From assembly GCA_030264375.1 (NCBI GenBank), contig JASCQW010000132.1, positions 53,778,264-53,842,263 of the forward strand: DNA of 64,000 nt. Direction: 5' to 3'. Made by a program: the position numbers and the translations under genes. Positions 24,981 through 38,876 of the stretch are shown one piece after another. How positions within the stretch are numbered: the first letter of the stretch is position 1; the number at the start of each line of letters is the position of its first letter. The notes under the pieces are model-generated. The model had not been told where the DNA came from and did no database searches. It saw only the letters and a list, made by a program, of their open reading frames with translations. This stretch comes from Carcharhinus longimanus. Taxonomy: Eukaryota.

Positions 24981-26452
24981 CTTACCATCATCTTCCCTAG
25001 GGCAGGTAGGACAATTACTGCTGAGATTGCCACCGATGTCCACACTCTAAGAATTAATTTAATAAGTTGAAACAGATTTTTAAAAATTGACCGAAAATTT
25101 AAATGAATTTGAATATTAATTATACATTTTTAATACATGCTGAGCCTTAGTGATGTTCATCCAGCAGAAGGAATTCTTCAGTTGCAAGCAATAAAAAGAA
25201 CTTACTTCAACAAGTAAATCAAAGAGAAAGATTTAATAAAGACACTTTATTACTGCAACACTGAGGCCATACCCTAGGCTGTCCAAGTTCTTCACTGCTT
25301 CCCAAACTGCTTCTTTTTTGTGGTGGTCAGCTGACCACTACTTCATTTTGTCATTGGTTTCATTGCCCACCAGTTCAGCTAGTTAGCTGACCCTCACAAC
25401 ATGTTACCATTGGTTACATTATAACCGATCCAATGTTATCATTAGGTAGTTGCATTCTAACAAGTGATGAGATTCGCCTTTTAAAATGGCTGTTATTAAC
25501 CTAAATAGACTATTTCTTTAAAAAAAATCTTGCTTATGAATCGTTTCCACTGCCAAGCTACCATTTACTAATTCTTTGAGACTGGTTGATATTCTGCACA
25601 AAAGTAAGGAAGTTCACCCATGCTTCATGTAGATTGCAGCCTGAATGCACAATTAGAATCCTTGAGCCTTAACTTTCTCACCTTTTGCCTAAACTATCCA
25701 CTTTACAATAAGTGGGACTTTTTTTCTGTGCAGTGCACACTCACTCGTACTATATAAACAAAAATTTGATACATCTTCAATTGTTTGTTCTTGAGACTCT
25801 GAAACTTGATGACAGGTTTCAATGTGCACCTAGCAACAAGCTAATGGAGAAAACTCCATCTAAAGAGAAACAAAAATAGCTTTGAAAAAAATAGTCAAGG
25901 AAGGAGTAGCCCTTACTAGGGTTATGCACTGCAAACTTACAAAATTCAATGGTGAAAAATACAGTATCCTCTTGGGTTGCTTTCAAATTAAAGTGTGACT
26001 TGTTAAGCTTCATTGGGGAGCTCATTGGGAAGAACTGCTGAACCAAAGGATGTGAGGAGCTGAATTAACATTGGCAGAAATATAGTTATTAACCTAGGGA
26101 GGTTCCATGATTAACTGAAGTATGTTAATCCAGTTCCATTGTACAGTTGGAATCAGTGATTCCTTGAAATTAGTTCCCAGATGTTGTAATCAGCACTTCC
26201 TATTTAAATATCAAAACCTTAGAAAGAAAGAAATTTAATAAATCTGAAGACTACTGGAGTTAGTCAAAATTTTTCTCTATTATTTTTGAACAGAAATAAG
26301 CTTCTGGGTCCTAAATTTCCTAGGACATTGTGCTGTTGTGTTTTATCTTCTGTAGCCAAAACCTTATGTATAGGAACACATTACCTTACTCTGCTAAGGT
26401 CCGAAGATTCCATCCCTACTAGATGTCCATCAATGCATTAGGGGGAGGGGGG

Positions 26453-26913
26453 TGTCAAGAGACGCAGAGGGCCGGGAGGTGCTACAATGTCACATTGAGC
26501 CAGTGCAATTGACTCAGACCCCATGCTGTATCTGCATCTCCCTCCCAACAATGTTTACCTCACCTTATGTCCCAGCAATGTTCACCACCTACCCCTGCCC
26601 TTGCACTGGCGGTGGTCACTTCCTCCCACTACTCAGACAGTACTCAATAAACGTGTTGAATGAGAGGGAGTGGGGTGAATATTGTCAGAGGTGAGAGTGG
26701 TTTGGGGGAGTGAACGCTGTCAGGAATGGAAGCGCTGGTGCGGGGACTAAACACTGTTGTGAAATGGGTGTTGAACGTTCTTGGGGTTTGAACGTTGTTG
26801 ATTGTGGGGGGGGTGTGGTGAACAATTTTGGGGACAAGAGCACAGGGTGAACATTGTTGGGGATGGGGTGGGTGAGCACTGTCACTGAGGGAGACTGTGC
26901 AGTGTCATTGACA
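26453..26913. repeat. Foldback-like element with inverted arrays of a ~13-bp motif
   Basis: Ends TGTCAA...TTGACA. The left arm has AACAATGTTYACC-type copies and the right arm about 8 GGTGAACATTGTT-type copies. Confidence 0.5.
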
Positions 26914-28515
26914 GTTCATTTTAAAGCAATTGAAGATAATGAACTGAAGACAGACCTTAAAAGGAGCGTCTTTACTTCATAATGAGAAAAAAGGGGCAAG
27001 CTGCAATGTTATTACGCTTGACAATTTGCTTCCTGAATCAGTTTATACCTGCATCCTTGTTGGGACTAGCATTGGAAGGTCTAAAGACTTCAGTGTAAAG
27101 AGGAAGGTAGGTAGATTAAACCACAGCCAGCGTTAGACACAGCCTTTTCACACTGACCAGAAGATCTGCATTTATCCTATTAATTCAGCATTTTTAAAAG
27201 TACAACTAATAGTAGGATACATCAGCTGGCAGAGGAAGGGACCACACAATCTTTAAAGTAGAAGATGATAATGCTGCTGCCATATTTGAGAGCTGAACTG
27301 AGTAAGTTTAATAAAGGTTAGAAAGTGCACCCTCAAGCGTGTGACTAAAGAGCAGCTTATCCCCTGGGAGCAAGTCAGGCAGAACTCGGCAAACCTATCC
27401 AATTACTTTCTAACAGAGGCTGCGAGGAATGATGCAAATTTTGTGGTAAAATATTTACCGGACTACACAAGATAAATTGGAAACCATGCGAGACATTTTT
27501 TTCTATGCACTAGCAGTTTCTAATTTAAGAATTCCAATATATCCAGTCATCTAAACAAGAAGTAGGCCATTACCTGATCAAAGCATCTCCACTGTGCACA
27601 GGAAGAAAATTGACCTGATCTCTTAAGATCTGTGTGGTAGTATGACTCCCTAGCGAAAGGAATAATCTTTTCCCTTTCCGGTTATATTGAATCATGGGAT
27701 GATCATCTGATGGTCCATTTATAGTATCAAAGGGGAACTATATCAGTACATTATTCATCTCCTGTTCGTTAGCATAGAAATTACAGTGAAAAGAGTTCAA
27801 GTGCTTCTCCCACATAACAAAAGAAATCAAAGCATGTGTGCATAGGACTAGACAGTGGAATTGAGGTATAAGATCGATCATGGTCTTATTGATTAGTAAT
27901 ACAAGCTCCAAAGGGGCACATGGCTGACTGTGTCTCTTATTTCGTAAGTTCCTGAATTTTATACCTCTCAGCTGTTGTGAAAATTAACAAAAGCAAATCT
28001 TAACTGATAGTTACAGATCTCACTGGTGGGATAATGATTTTGGATCTTCCCCGCCCCTCGTCAGTGATGTCCTCAATGATCGGGGATGGGGGCAGGCAAT
28101 TGTGTGGGGGAAGGGGGGGGGAAGGCTAATGATCAAGGACAGGAGAGGGATGGAAAGAGAAGTGCTGACTCTGATTGGGGTTGGCAAGGGAAGCCCCTGA
28201 GACCTCCATGGTGGGTTGGGGGGGACAGTATATATAGATTCTGATTGAGGTGCCCTTTAACGATGGTACCCTGATCTCTGTGCAGCTGGGTTTTGCTTGC
28301 GTGTTGAGGTTCTGCACCCCACATGACGGCATGAAACATTCCCCCTTGATTTCATTTGGCAGTGTGTCATAAGATCTGGAGAGAAAACTAATGTGTTTCT
28401 CTGGAGAGAGACATGGCGGTTTTCTTGCCACAAACAACATTCTGCCATTTTTTGGTAAGATTCCCCCCATCATGGTTCCTGTTAAGAGTTTATAGTGGTT
28501 TGTCCTTAAATGGAT

Positions 28516-28843
28516 TGAATCATAAAAGCCCTACAATTCAGAAAGAGGCCATCTGGCCCATCAAGTCTGCACCGACCACATCCCATCCAGACCCTACTCC
28601 CATATCCCTACACATTTACCTGCTAATCCCTTTAACCTATGCATCTCAGGACATGGAGGGGCAATTTTAGCATAGCCAATCAACCTAACCCATCTTTGGA
28701 CTATGGGAGGAAACTGGAGCACCCAGAGGAAACCCATGCAGACACACAGAGAATGTGCAAACTCCACACAGATAGCAAGCGGGGAATTGAATCCAAGACC
28801 CTGGAGCTGTAAGCAGCAGTGCTAACCATGGTGCTACCATGCC
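28516..28843 (-). mobile_element. HE1-like V-SINE
   Basis: Antisense full-length copy ending GCAGTGCTAACCATGGTGCTACCATGCC. Confidence 0.85.
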
Positions 28844-28939
28844 AAAGTGTAACAATTCTGATTTTATGGACAGCTTGAAAATAAAAAATTACTGGAAATA
28901 AGTAAAACTTGAAACTAGAACTGACAGAATGGATGGAAA

Positions 28940-30620
28940 TAAGTATAGTAGTTGGCTAGCACAGAAGGAAGCCAATCAGCCTGCTGTGCCTATGAGAGCT
29001 TTCTGCAACAATAACTCCGGTTGTCTCACTCCCCATTCTTTTCCCATGGCCCTGTGATGTTTTTCTCTTCAGGGACTTATTTGGTTAACTTTTGAAAGCC
29101 ACAGTTGAACCTGCCTATAGCACCCTCTCAAGCAGTACATTTCAGACCCTAACCACTCAGCGCAGTGAAGTTTTTCTCATACTATTTGTTCTTTTGCCAT
29201 TTCACTTTAAAAAAGGTGTTCTCAGTTCTCAACCCTTCCTCCAATGAGAGTGAAAGAATTTTGACAGTTAAATTATAATGTGATCAGGCACAGTCAACAT
29301 GGCTTTGTGAAAGGGAACTTGTGCTTTTTCAGCAAGTAAAAGCAAGATGAATAAAGGGGAAGCTATAGATGTGGTGTACTTAGATTTCCAAAAGGCATTT
29401 TATAAGGAAGGTAGAGAACGTTATTTCAACAAATTGTAAAATAATTAAAGGGCTCCCCCCACCCTCTCATCTTGTTCTCCCCAGCCCCCCTCGCGCACCC
29501 CCATTTGGAATTCCCCNNNNNNNNNNNNNNNNNNNNNNNNNNNNNNNNNNNNNNNNNNNNNNNNNNNNNNNNNNNNNNNNNNNNNNNNNNNNNNNNNNNN
29601 NNNNNNNNNNNNNNNNGCACACACATTTGGAATTCCCCACTCGCTGGCATGATGTACTGTCACCGAGGTTTACACCTGCTTTTGCAAAACGTGAATGAGG
29701 TAAAAGAAATTGCCTGCAAGCTGCAGGCCATTTAATCTGGCACCATTTATTGGAAAATCTATTATTAAGCAAGTCTTAATAATGTACTTTAAAAATAATA
29801 TGAATAGCACAAGTCTAAAAAGTGTTAAAGGGAAACCTTGTTTGTCAAATTTATTAGAACTTTTTGAGAATGTAACTAGTAGAGTAGATAAATGGCACAA
29901 GTAGATGTGGTGTTCTTGAAAATCCATAAGGATACACAGCCACACAAAAGGCAACTCAAGCTAGGATAAAAGTTTAGGGTTTATATTAGCATTGATAAAG
30001 GATTGGTTAATGAACAGGAAGTAGAGAGTAGGGAGTACATTTAACATTGTTTTATGAGGCTTTTTCCAACATTCTAACATTAAGGCTTTTTGCAAGGGTG
30101 GAAGTGTCAACTACAAGGGGGCACAGGTTCAATTTGAGAGGGGGAAGGTTTTCACACAGAGAGTAGTGGGTGCCTGGAATGCACTGCCGAAGGAGGTGAT
30201 GGAAGCAGACATATTAGCAACATATAAGACGCACCTGGATGCGTACATGACCAGGGAGGGATTAGAAGGATACGGACAAAGCAAAGGCTGAAGGTTTTTT
30301 TTTTAAATTTAGTTAGGGCATCATGATTGGCACAGGCTTGGAGGGCCAAAGGGCCTGTTCATGTTTTGTACTCTCCTTTGTTCTTTTTTTTCTTCATTGT
30401 CAAGTGAAAGACTGATTGGTGGAGTGCCAAGGGATCTGTGCTGGGGCTTCAGTTATTTACAGTCTGTACTCATGATTTAGACAGAGAGTCTGTATCTAAG
30501 TTTGTTGATAGTAAAAAAAAAACTAGGTGAAAATGCAAACTCTGAGCAGGACACAACGAGATATAGAAAGGTCAAGAGAGTGGGCGACAAGCAGGAGTCT
30601 AACGTGGGAAGTGTGAGTTG
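28940..30620. mobile_element. Cluster of CR1 fragments with an intervening MITE-like segment across a 100-N gap
   Basis: GKPCLSNLLELFENVTSRVDK (+), and a CR1 3' end at 30100-30385 (GAGGGCCAAAGGGCCTGTTC). Confidence 0.65.
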
Positions 30621-30912
30621 ATTCACTCTGAATGTCATCTACTGATAGTTCATCCTGAGCCTTTTCTGGACATTTTTGTCAGAGATGATTTGCCATTGTA
30701 AGGCAAGGCGATGGGTCCAAAGTCCACCTTAGGTGGAATGGCAATCAAACTTGCACTATTGACGTTGTTCTAAAACATGCTAGCCATCTGACTAACTGTG
30801 CTAATTAGCTCCTCATTCACTCAGACAAGGAATATAAAAAGTTACAATGCAGGTACAATATGTCTTAATACCTTCACACTTTCTCTGCCCAAATACTTGT
30901 AGCTTCAAAGAA

Positions 30913-31320
30913 TGGAGATGGTGACATAGTGGTAATGTAATTAGTAGTAATGATTAGTAATCTAGAGGCCCAGGCTATGCTCTGTGGAATGTGTTCAAAT
31001 CCTGTTACGGCAGCTGATGCAATTTGAATTCAGTTAACATGCTGTAAACCTCTATGACTCTATAAATCTTGAATTGAAACCTAATCTCGATTATAGTGAT
31101 CATGAAATTATCATTGTTGTAAATATCAATCTGATTCACAAATGTCCTTATAGGGAAGGAAATCTACCATCCTTAACTTGTCTGGCTGATGTATGACTCC
31201 AGACTGCCCTTTGAAGTAGCTTAGCAAATCATTCGGTTCAAGGGCAATTAAGGATGGGCAACAAATGCTGGCCTCGCCGGTGGCGCGCACAGCCTGTGAA
31301 AGCATGAAGAAAAAAAAATT
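30913..31320 (+). mobile_element. Deu-type SINE (SacSINE1-like)
   Basis: Head ATGGTGACATAGTGGTAATGT...GTTCAAATCC, body AGGGAAGGAAATCTACCATCCTTA, tail GGGCAATTAAGGATGGGCAACAAATGCTGGCC...AAAA. Confidence 0.75.
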
Positions 31321-31369
31321 GATTTACAGTCAATCTTTGTAATACCTTCTTAACATTTATTACCCCATC

Positions 31370-32840
31370 TAGAATCATGGAACCCCTACAGTGCAAAAGA
31401 GGCCATTCAGCCCATTGTGTCTGCACTAACTCTTCAGCAGAGCATCCCACGCAAGCCTTTTCCCACAACCCCACTTATTTCCCATCTGCTGTACATTTTA
31501 GGATGCTAATGGGTAATTTACCTTGACCCATCTATCTAACCTAAGGGGGGATGGGAGGGGGAGGTGGCAGTTTAGATCGGAGTTGAGGAGGAACTTCTTC
31601 ACTCAAAGGGTGGTNNNNNNNNNNNNNNNNNNNNNNNNNNNNNNNNNNNNNNNNNNNNNNNNNNNNNNNNNNNNNNNNNNNNNNNNNNNNNNNNNNNNNN
31701 NNNNNNNNNNNNNNAGACATGGGGAGAATGTGAAAACTCCACACTGATGATCATCCAAGGCCGAAATTGAATCCGAGTCCCTGGTGGTGTGAGGCGGCAG
31801 TGCAAACCATTGTGCCACCCGAGGATTGACCTCCTCTTTCACTCTGACTTTGGCAACTCCTTCTACAGTAAAGACAGATGCAATGCACTTGTGTATTATT
31901 TCAGCTTCTTCCCCCTTGCACAATTCATCCTTTTGGTCCCTAACCAGTCCTATCCTACTACCCATTTAGTATTTATATACCTGCGTAAAATGTTTGGATT
32001 TCCTTTGATGTCAGCTGCCAGTCTCTTCCAAAACACACACTTTGCCTCTCTTACCTCTTTATACACTTCCTCTCAAACTTTGTATACTAAACCTGGTTCT
32101 CATGTGTTTTCAACCTGACACCTGTCTTTTATGCCTTTTGTTTGCTTCATACTACTCTGTTCCCAGGAAACTCTGGCTGTGTTTTCCCTGTTTTTCCCAC
32201 GGGTTGGAATCTGCCTCCATCGTACACAAAACATTTGCTCTTTAAAGGCATTGATATTACAATTTTGCCTGCCAGTCTTTGATTCCTGTTTACCTGGGCC
32301 AGATCACTTCTCACACCACTGAAATTTGCTCTCCTACCAAGAAGCAATTTTACTCTAAGTTATTCCATGTCCTTCTCCATAGCTAAATCCTATGTTGCAA
32401 CAATCATTGTTTCCTACATATTCCACGACTGGCACTGGATCCATCTGACCCATCTCATTCTCCAGAATTCGAACCAGTAATGTTTCCTCCCTTGTTGGGC
32501 CATACATGTAGCACTTAGAAATCTTACAGTGCAGAAGGAGGCCAATTGACCCATCGAGTCTGCACTAACAATCCCACCACGGCCCTATCCCCATCACCCC
32601 ACATATTTACCCTGCTAATCCCTCTAACCTACGCATCCTGGGACTCTAAGGAACAATTTAGCATGGCCAATTGACCCATCCTGCACATCTTTGGAGTGTG
32701 GGAGGAAACTGGAACTCCCAGAGGAAACCCACGCAGACACGGGGAGAATATGCAAACTCCACACAGACAGTGACCCAAGCTGGAATCAAACCCAGATCCT
32801 TGGAGCTGTGAGACAGCAGTGCTAACCACTGTGCTGCCCT
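31370..32840 (-). mobile_element. V-SINE (~31370-31819, interrupted by CR1 sequence and a gap), CR1 fragment (~31820-32500) and V-SINE (~32516-32839)
   Basis: Antisense SINE heads at ~31800-31819 and ~32815-32839. CR1 peptide EEAEIIHKCIASVFTVE. Confidence 0.75.
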
Positions 32841-34254
32841 ACTTCTGACAAAGAACAAATCTGAAAACATTTCACAAAAGCATTAGGAGTAGGCAGAAGT
32901 TGAAACAAAAAGGAAGTAGGAAGCACAACTGAAACGCAGGATTTAAAGGTGGGTTAGTCCAAAAGACGAACGGGAGATGGGGAGGCAAATAGTGAATTAG
33001 TGAAGTAGAGATTGAGGCTGAAGTGGCTGAAGGTACAGCCACCAATACACATAACACAGTCAGCAGAGAACAAAAGCCCTGATTTTAACTTATCTGGACA
33101 GAATAATGAGCATCTTGGCCAGCTGCCTGATTTACTCCTCAGCTGAATTTCAGCTCTATTGGATCTGGTCAGAATATGGCCTCTTCACGTTGGACATACT
33201 AATTCAGAGCTGGAAAGGGAAAGGTGGACAAGGCAACTGAAAATGTTCAGATTGGAAAATAAGAGGTCAGAGAAGTAATTTGTAGTTTGGCTGCCTTATG
33301 CAATATGGATATAAATCTGTCTCAGAATAAAGAGAAATACGTGATGAATATCTCCACATTTTTATTCCACAGGAGCTTGTCATTTGAAATTGCAGATATT
33401 TGAGCATTTACCCCTTCCTTTGTTTTGTTTGGTTACATGGCTTTCAGTTCATTATAAACTTTGCTTTTACGAGAAAACCATATTGATCCAATAACTCAAG
33501 CAATCACACGAAATCCAAAAAAAAAGGAAACTTTGCTCACTTGGGAATGAAAGTCAATATAAAGGAGGATCCTCTGCACCAACCTTTCGCTCCCTTTTGA
33601 TGAAAGGAGGTGGCTAGGATTAAACAACTTTTGTACAAGTGCCAGTTGATCACATATCAATAGGTCAATCTAGATTTCACTTGCTGTTCTTTTATGCGAA
33701 ATACAATTACAACCAGGCAGCTTTAGTACTGTACTATCAGTTCTGTATCATTGAACTGAAATTTCCTTGGAAGTAAAAGCTAGTGGATATATTCTAAATT
33801 AAAATTAAACAGCATTCTTTCCAAGATTCAAAATGAAATCATTTCCCATAGAAGCTATTTAAGGATAAAGATCCCATTTCTGATAAAACATTATCTATTA
33901 TGCTCAAATGCACAATCACCGCAGGTGACAGTTTAGTTTATCTTCCAACATGGACCTGCCATAGACATTCTTATTTCAAAAAGTGGCAATTTAGCTTTCT
34001 TTTCCCTGAGGCATGGCATACATCATTGACTGAAAGACTTAACTCCTTTTTATCCAGAGTCCAAAATGATCAGTCTTGTGATGAATGGCATCTTAAATTG
34101 ATGGATTCTCCCATCACTTTGACAGATATGTTCAACAAAGAAAGACAGTTTACAGCCTATATTGATGTAGTTTCATGTGTGACATTTGACCAAACCTCAA
34201 TTTGTCGAGCTAGAGGCAAATATTGAAATGAAGTCATTGTTGAAGGAAAAGATA

Positions 34255-35335
34255 TGAACACATGAATTAGGAGCAAGAGTAGGCAACTCATCCCCTCAAG
34301 CCTGCTCCATCATTCAATAACTTCCTAACTGAACTGATAACCTTTCACTTCTTGTTAATCAAGAATCTAGCTTGCTCTGCCTTAAAAATGTTCAAAGATT
34401 CTACTTCCACTGCCTTAAGAGGAAAGAGTTCCAGCAACTCATGAGCCTCAGAAAAATTCTCCCCATTCCCATTTTAAATGAATGACACCTTATTTTTAAA
34501 TAATGACCTTTAGTTCTAGACCCTCTGAAAAGAGGAAATATCCGTTCTATATTTGACAATACACAATACTCCAGGTGTCGTCTTGCCAATGCCTGATATA
34601 ACTGAAGCATAATCTCCCTACTTTTATAATTAATAACATTCTCTTAACTTTCCTAATTATTTGCTGTACCTGTATACTGATCTTTTGTTATTCATGCACT
34701 AGGACACCCAGCTCCTTCTGCACCTCAGAACTCTGTAACCTCTCATAATTTAGATAATGCGCTTTTTATTACTCCTGTCAAAATTTACAATTTCACAGAT
34801 GCCTACATTATATTCCATTTGCCAGATTTTTGCCCATTCACTGAATCCATCTATTATCCCTTTGTAGTTTCCTTGAGTCATCTTCACAGTTGTACCTTCC
34901 TATCCATCTTTGTGTCATCAACAAATTTAACCACTACACCTGCAGTCCCTTCATCAAGCCATTTATGGAAATTGTAAAAAGTTGAGACCACAGCATTGAT
35001 TCCTGTGGCACATCACTTGTCGCATGATGGCAGCAAGAAAAAAACCATTTATGCCAACTGTTTCCTGTTAACTAGCCAATCTCCAATCCATGCCAATATA
35101 TTAACTCCTTACACCATGAGCTTTTATGTCGCACAATAACGTTTGATGTGGCACTCTATCACATGCCTTTCAGAAATCGAAGTGCAGTACATCCAATGGT
35201 TTTCCTTTAGCCACGTCACATGTGACTCCTTCAAAGCATTCCAATAAACTGGTTGAATATTACTTTTCTTTTGTAAAGTTATGTTGACTCCATCTGATTG
35301 CCTTGAATTTTTCCAGGTGCCCCTGTTATAACAAT
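34255..35335 (-). mobile_element. CR1 LINE 3' region
   Basis: Peptide MLQLYQALARRHLEYCV...RTKGHYLKIR and 3' end CATGAATTAGGAGCAAGAGTAGGC. Confidence 0.8.
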
Positions 35336-36618
35336 TTTATGTTATACTCTGTTTCTGGTGATGCTGGTCACCTGAAATTCGAAGTGACACAGCAGAAATT
35401 TCAATCTGATAGATGAGAACTCCAAAATGTAGATAAGGTGTACAGACCTCCGGTTGTGTATATATATCACATCTCCAAAGTTGTAAAAGTAACCTCTCAA
35501 CATATATACGGTGAATGTACGTTTTCAAGCTGACAATCGATTAACTGTGTCAATGCTAATAGACATATTTACTTATCATGTCCTCAGTGTTCTGTTGTCA
35601 TTGTGTTCTCACCTTACCTTCACTGGAGAGTTTGAGGAACACTATGAAACACATGAACCTGCAGATCACTTGAAAAGTATGAAAATTTCACTTTAAGTGA
35701 ATTATTAATAAATTGAAATTGACAACCCACTTCTGCTGAGAGGGTTGAAGCACACAGCCAAATGTGTTGGAGTTAAACGTGGAAGTTGGTGGCTACAGCC
35801 GGTTTGCTGATGTGCTTGCATTTTTCCAGGACTTGAATCCCCTCCCCGCTCCAAGTCGAACCTCTTGTCCATGTTATATTTGTCACCAATGAGTTAGTGT
35901 TTAGATTTCCAAATAGCAATTACTGACTAAAATAACCAGTGTTGTCGATCAGTAGTTTTTATATGAACAGGCAATTTGAATATTATCTAACACGGGAGAG
36001 AAATCCATTTATGCAATATTGCTTCCAGCATCAATTCCCAGGGGTTGGCAGGGCTATGGGTTGATACCTGTACAGCTTTCATCATTGATATCATTGCAGG
36101 CTGTGCATTCTCCAGCCTGCAGTGCTGCTGTCCCCAGCAAATCGATGTAGTCTGAATAGTGTCACTAGAATCCACAGTACACAAACACTATTCCACACCC
36201 CCACCCCGGCCAAAAAAAAACGCTTTTGAAACCTCAATTTTTACTGCCTGGAAAGAAGCTGGTTGGGAGGAGAGTGTGGGTTTTCACTGATGTTTGGAAA
36301 ATATTATAAGACTTACATAAAGTAACCCCATAATGCTCTTTAAAGGTACAATTTTGAGAAAAGTAAATTGAACTGTTATCAGAAGTAACCTCATGCAAAG
36401 AATGATACATATCTATAATAATCTGCCAGACAAGAAAATAGAGAGGCCAATGTAAGAGTCATTCAAAATACAGACTGAGAGTAAGGGCACCAGAGGGAAC
36501 ATTACAGGATAAGTTATTTCAGCTTCTTGAGGCTGCTCCAGCATTCAATTAAGTCATGATTGATCTATATTTTAAATTCATCCAGCTATCTTGGCTCCAT
36601 ATCATTTTTACCTTAAGT

Positions 36619-36894
36619 TAGGGTTTACCAAACTTTTCTAGCACTAAACCCTTTTGACCTCCCAAAAGTACTGACACAACCCCTAAGTAACATTCTTATC
36701 ATGTTGAAGAGTTGCATTAGGTACATAAATCCAAAAATGTTTTTAAAATGTTTTCTGTTGTGCACTTATTATCATTAAAAAGTCCTCTCATTCAACAAAG
36801 ATGTAAATCATATCTTCCTTTTGTCTTTTTTTAACTTACACATACACATAGGCTCTCTCAAACAAAAATGCAATCATGCACACACTTCAATCTT

Positions 36895-36932
<38 letters not shown>

Positions 36933-37258
36933 CTTTCTCTATTCATCTGAGTCAGCCTTGCTCCTGTTCCCAAATTAGCCGCACCTCAGCCACCAAGTCG
37001 GCTCACATCGGCCCCAAAGTCAGTGTCACTCCCACCCCGTGGCTGTGGCCTCTCTCCCTCCGTCTGGTCACCTTCACTTTCAATACTGATTTTTGCTGTT
37101 ATTTCTATCTCATCCAATCAGAGGCCAGTTTCCCAGTGCATAGGATGCTAATTGGACAAGGTGGCAGGATTGCTTTTTTCAAATTTAAATCCGCCAGAAC
37201 CCTGGGATGAGTCCCCCAGCATCCTCAGATTCCTCAGAACTCAGTTTGGGAAATGTTG
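36619..37258. mobile_element. hAT-like non-autonomous DNA transposon containing a (TC)n(AC)n microsatellite (~36894-36931)
   Basis: Imperfect terminal inverted repeats (TIRs) TAGGGTTTACCAAACT / AGTTTGGGAAATGTTG. The 8-bp flanks CCTTAAGT and CCCAAAGT (6/8 match) fit a decayed hAT TSD. Inserted in a CR1 3' end. Confidence 0.6.
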
Positions 37259-37500
37259 CCCAAAGTTAACAAAAATCTATAAAACTTGGTGTAATATATT
37301 CAAGTAGTTGCATGATTGCTTTAAGAGCATGTTACATGATTTGACAGCAATGTCACAGGCATTTTGCAGGCTCTTGCTTTTAGTTTCTGTTTGTACTCTG
37401 CAGGCAAGAAGTCAGTGAATAAATCTATTGTTAGTTTGAATCTATAACTGCCAACCACATATTCTCTTGTTGTTTAAAACCCACAACCCCTAACAACCCC

Positions 37501-37790
37501 ACCATGATGGAACAGTAGTTAGCACTGATGCCTCACAGTGCTAGAAACCCAAGTTCTGGCTTGGGTCACTGTCTGTGCGGAGCTTGCACGTTTTCTCTGC
37601 GTCCGTGTGGGTTTCCGCCAGGTGCTCCGGTTTCCTCCCATGGTCCGTAAGACATGCTGGTTAGATGCATTGGGCATGCTAAATTCTTCCTCAGTGTACT
37701 TGAACAGGCACCAGAGTGTGGCGACTCGGGGATTTTAACAGTAATTTCATTGCACTGTTAATGTAAGCCTACTTATGACTAAAATAAACA
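37501..37790 (+). mobile_element. V-SINE, alternative-tail type (same family as 2890-3193)
   Basis: Near-identical body and tail GGGGATTTTAACAGTAATTTCATTGCACTGTTAATGTAAGCCTACTTATGAC. Confidence 0.85.
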
Positions 37791-37997
37791 TGGAACTTCA
37801 TAATTAGGACATTACTCTTGGATCCAAAAACTTAATTCAGCAAGTATATTGAGCTCTTCTGGGAGAGAGTTCCACATATCTACCATCCTTTGTGTGAAGA
37901 AGTGTTTCCTGGCAGCTTGACCCTGAATAATCCAGACATTGCTCTGGAGAATAAATCAGCAAATGGTTGTCGCTTATTTTGTTTAGCTGAAACAGGC

Positions 37998-38876
37998 TGC
38001 TACAACCGGTCCCCAGGCAAGATCCCCCAATTTATGTTTCCGGGTAAGGAGGAATGAACTGGCTCCCCCTTCATTACTTAACCTTCTTTGGTTGGTCATA
38101 ACAAGGTTAAGTTAAAAAGGATCCCTTCCCTTGTGGATCGCTTTTCCCGGTCTAAATATATTTATGTTTTAGAAGGAGCCAATTTAACCAACTCGTTCTT
38201 TCTTTACCTCAAGGAAGCCTGATCAGTCACTAAAACATAAGAATAAAATAATAATATGTGACATACATACACACAGATTAGAAATGAGAAGTGAGTCCAA
38301 AAATAAGAGTTAAAAATTCTATACAAACCAGCCTTTTCCTTGTCCATGAGGAGTAGGTGATGAGCCTTTGTGGCTATTCATTTGGGGGATTCTGTCGTGC
38401 TAGCCTTCCCAGTTGAGCAATTGGGTTGGAGATCCTTTGTTTTGCAGGCTAGCTGAAAGGATTTTTCCTGCTTCCTTTTCGATTGTGATTTTGCTGACTT
38501 GCTTCCAGCATTCAGAGAAAGAAAGGCTTCACCTGGCATTGCAGGGGTACCTAGTGGATGTTGTTCAGCTGTGATCTTCATAGCACACAGTAGAACTAAA
38601 ACACCAGACTAGCATGCAGAGACCAGGATTACAATTTGGTTTTAAACCCCTGTTCCTGTATCTTCCTGGAAGGAGAACAGCACAAACTTTTCTGATATAT
38701 AACTCACAGGAGATAATTTCTGCTGAGGTGGTAACTGGCTTCCATTATTGCCATATGAGATCACAGTTCAGTCTTTGCATTGCATCTCTTTCTTTGCAAA
38801 ATTCCTTCACCCCTCCAGGTGCAACGTTCCATGGCCTCTCTTGGGATTGAGTGTAATCCACATAGGAATTCCAGCA
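37998..38876. mobile_element. Possible solo LTR
   Basis: TGCT...AGCA inverted termini, ~880 bp and non-coding. No convincing TSD. Confidence 0.3.

Noticed and set aside
26670-26885. Spaced short repeats as a CRISPR-like array
   Set aside because: Repeats are ~13 bp and degenerate, with low-complexity spacers; vertebrate context and no cas genes.
28081-28126. G-run cluster as a functional G-quadruplex
   Set aside because: Lies in GC-rich MITE-like low-complexity sequence; nothing supports a function.
35610-35690. Possible minus-strand micro-exon ending in AAG|GTAAGG
   Set aside because: Good donor, but the acceptor is ambiguous and there is no recognisable peptide or partner exon.
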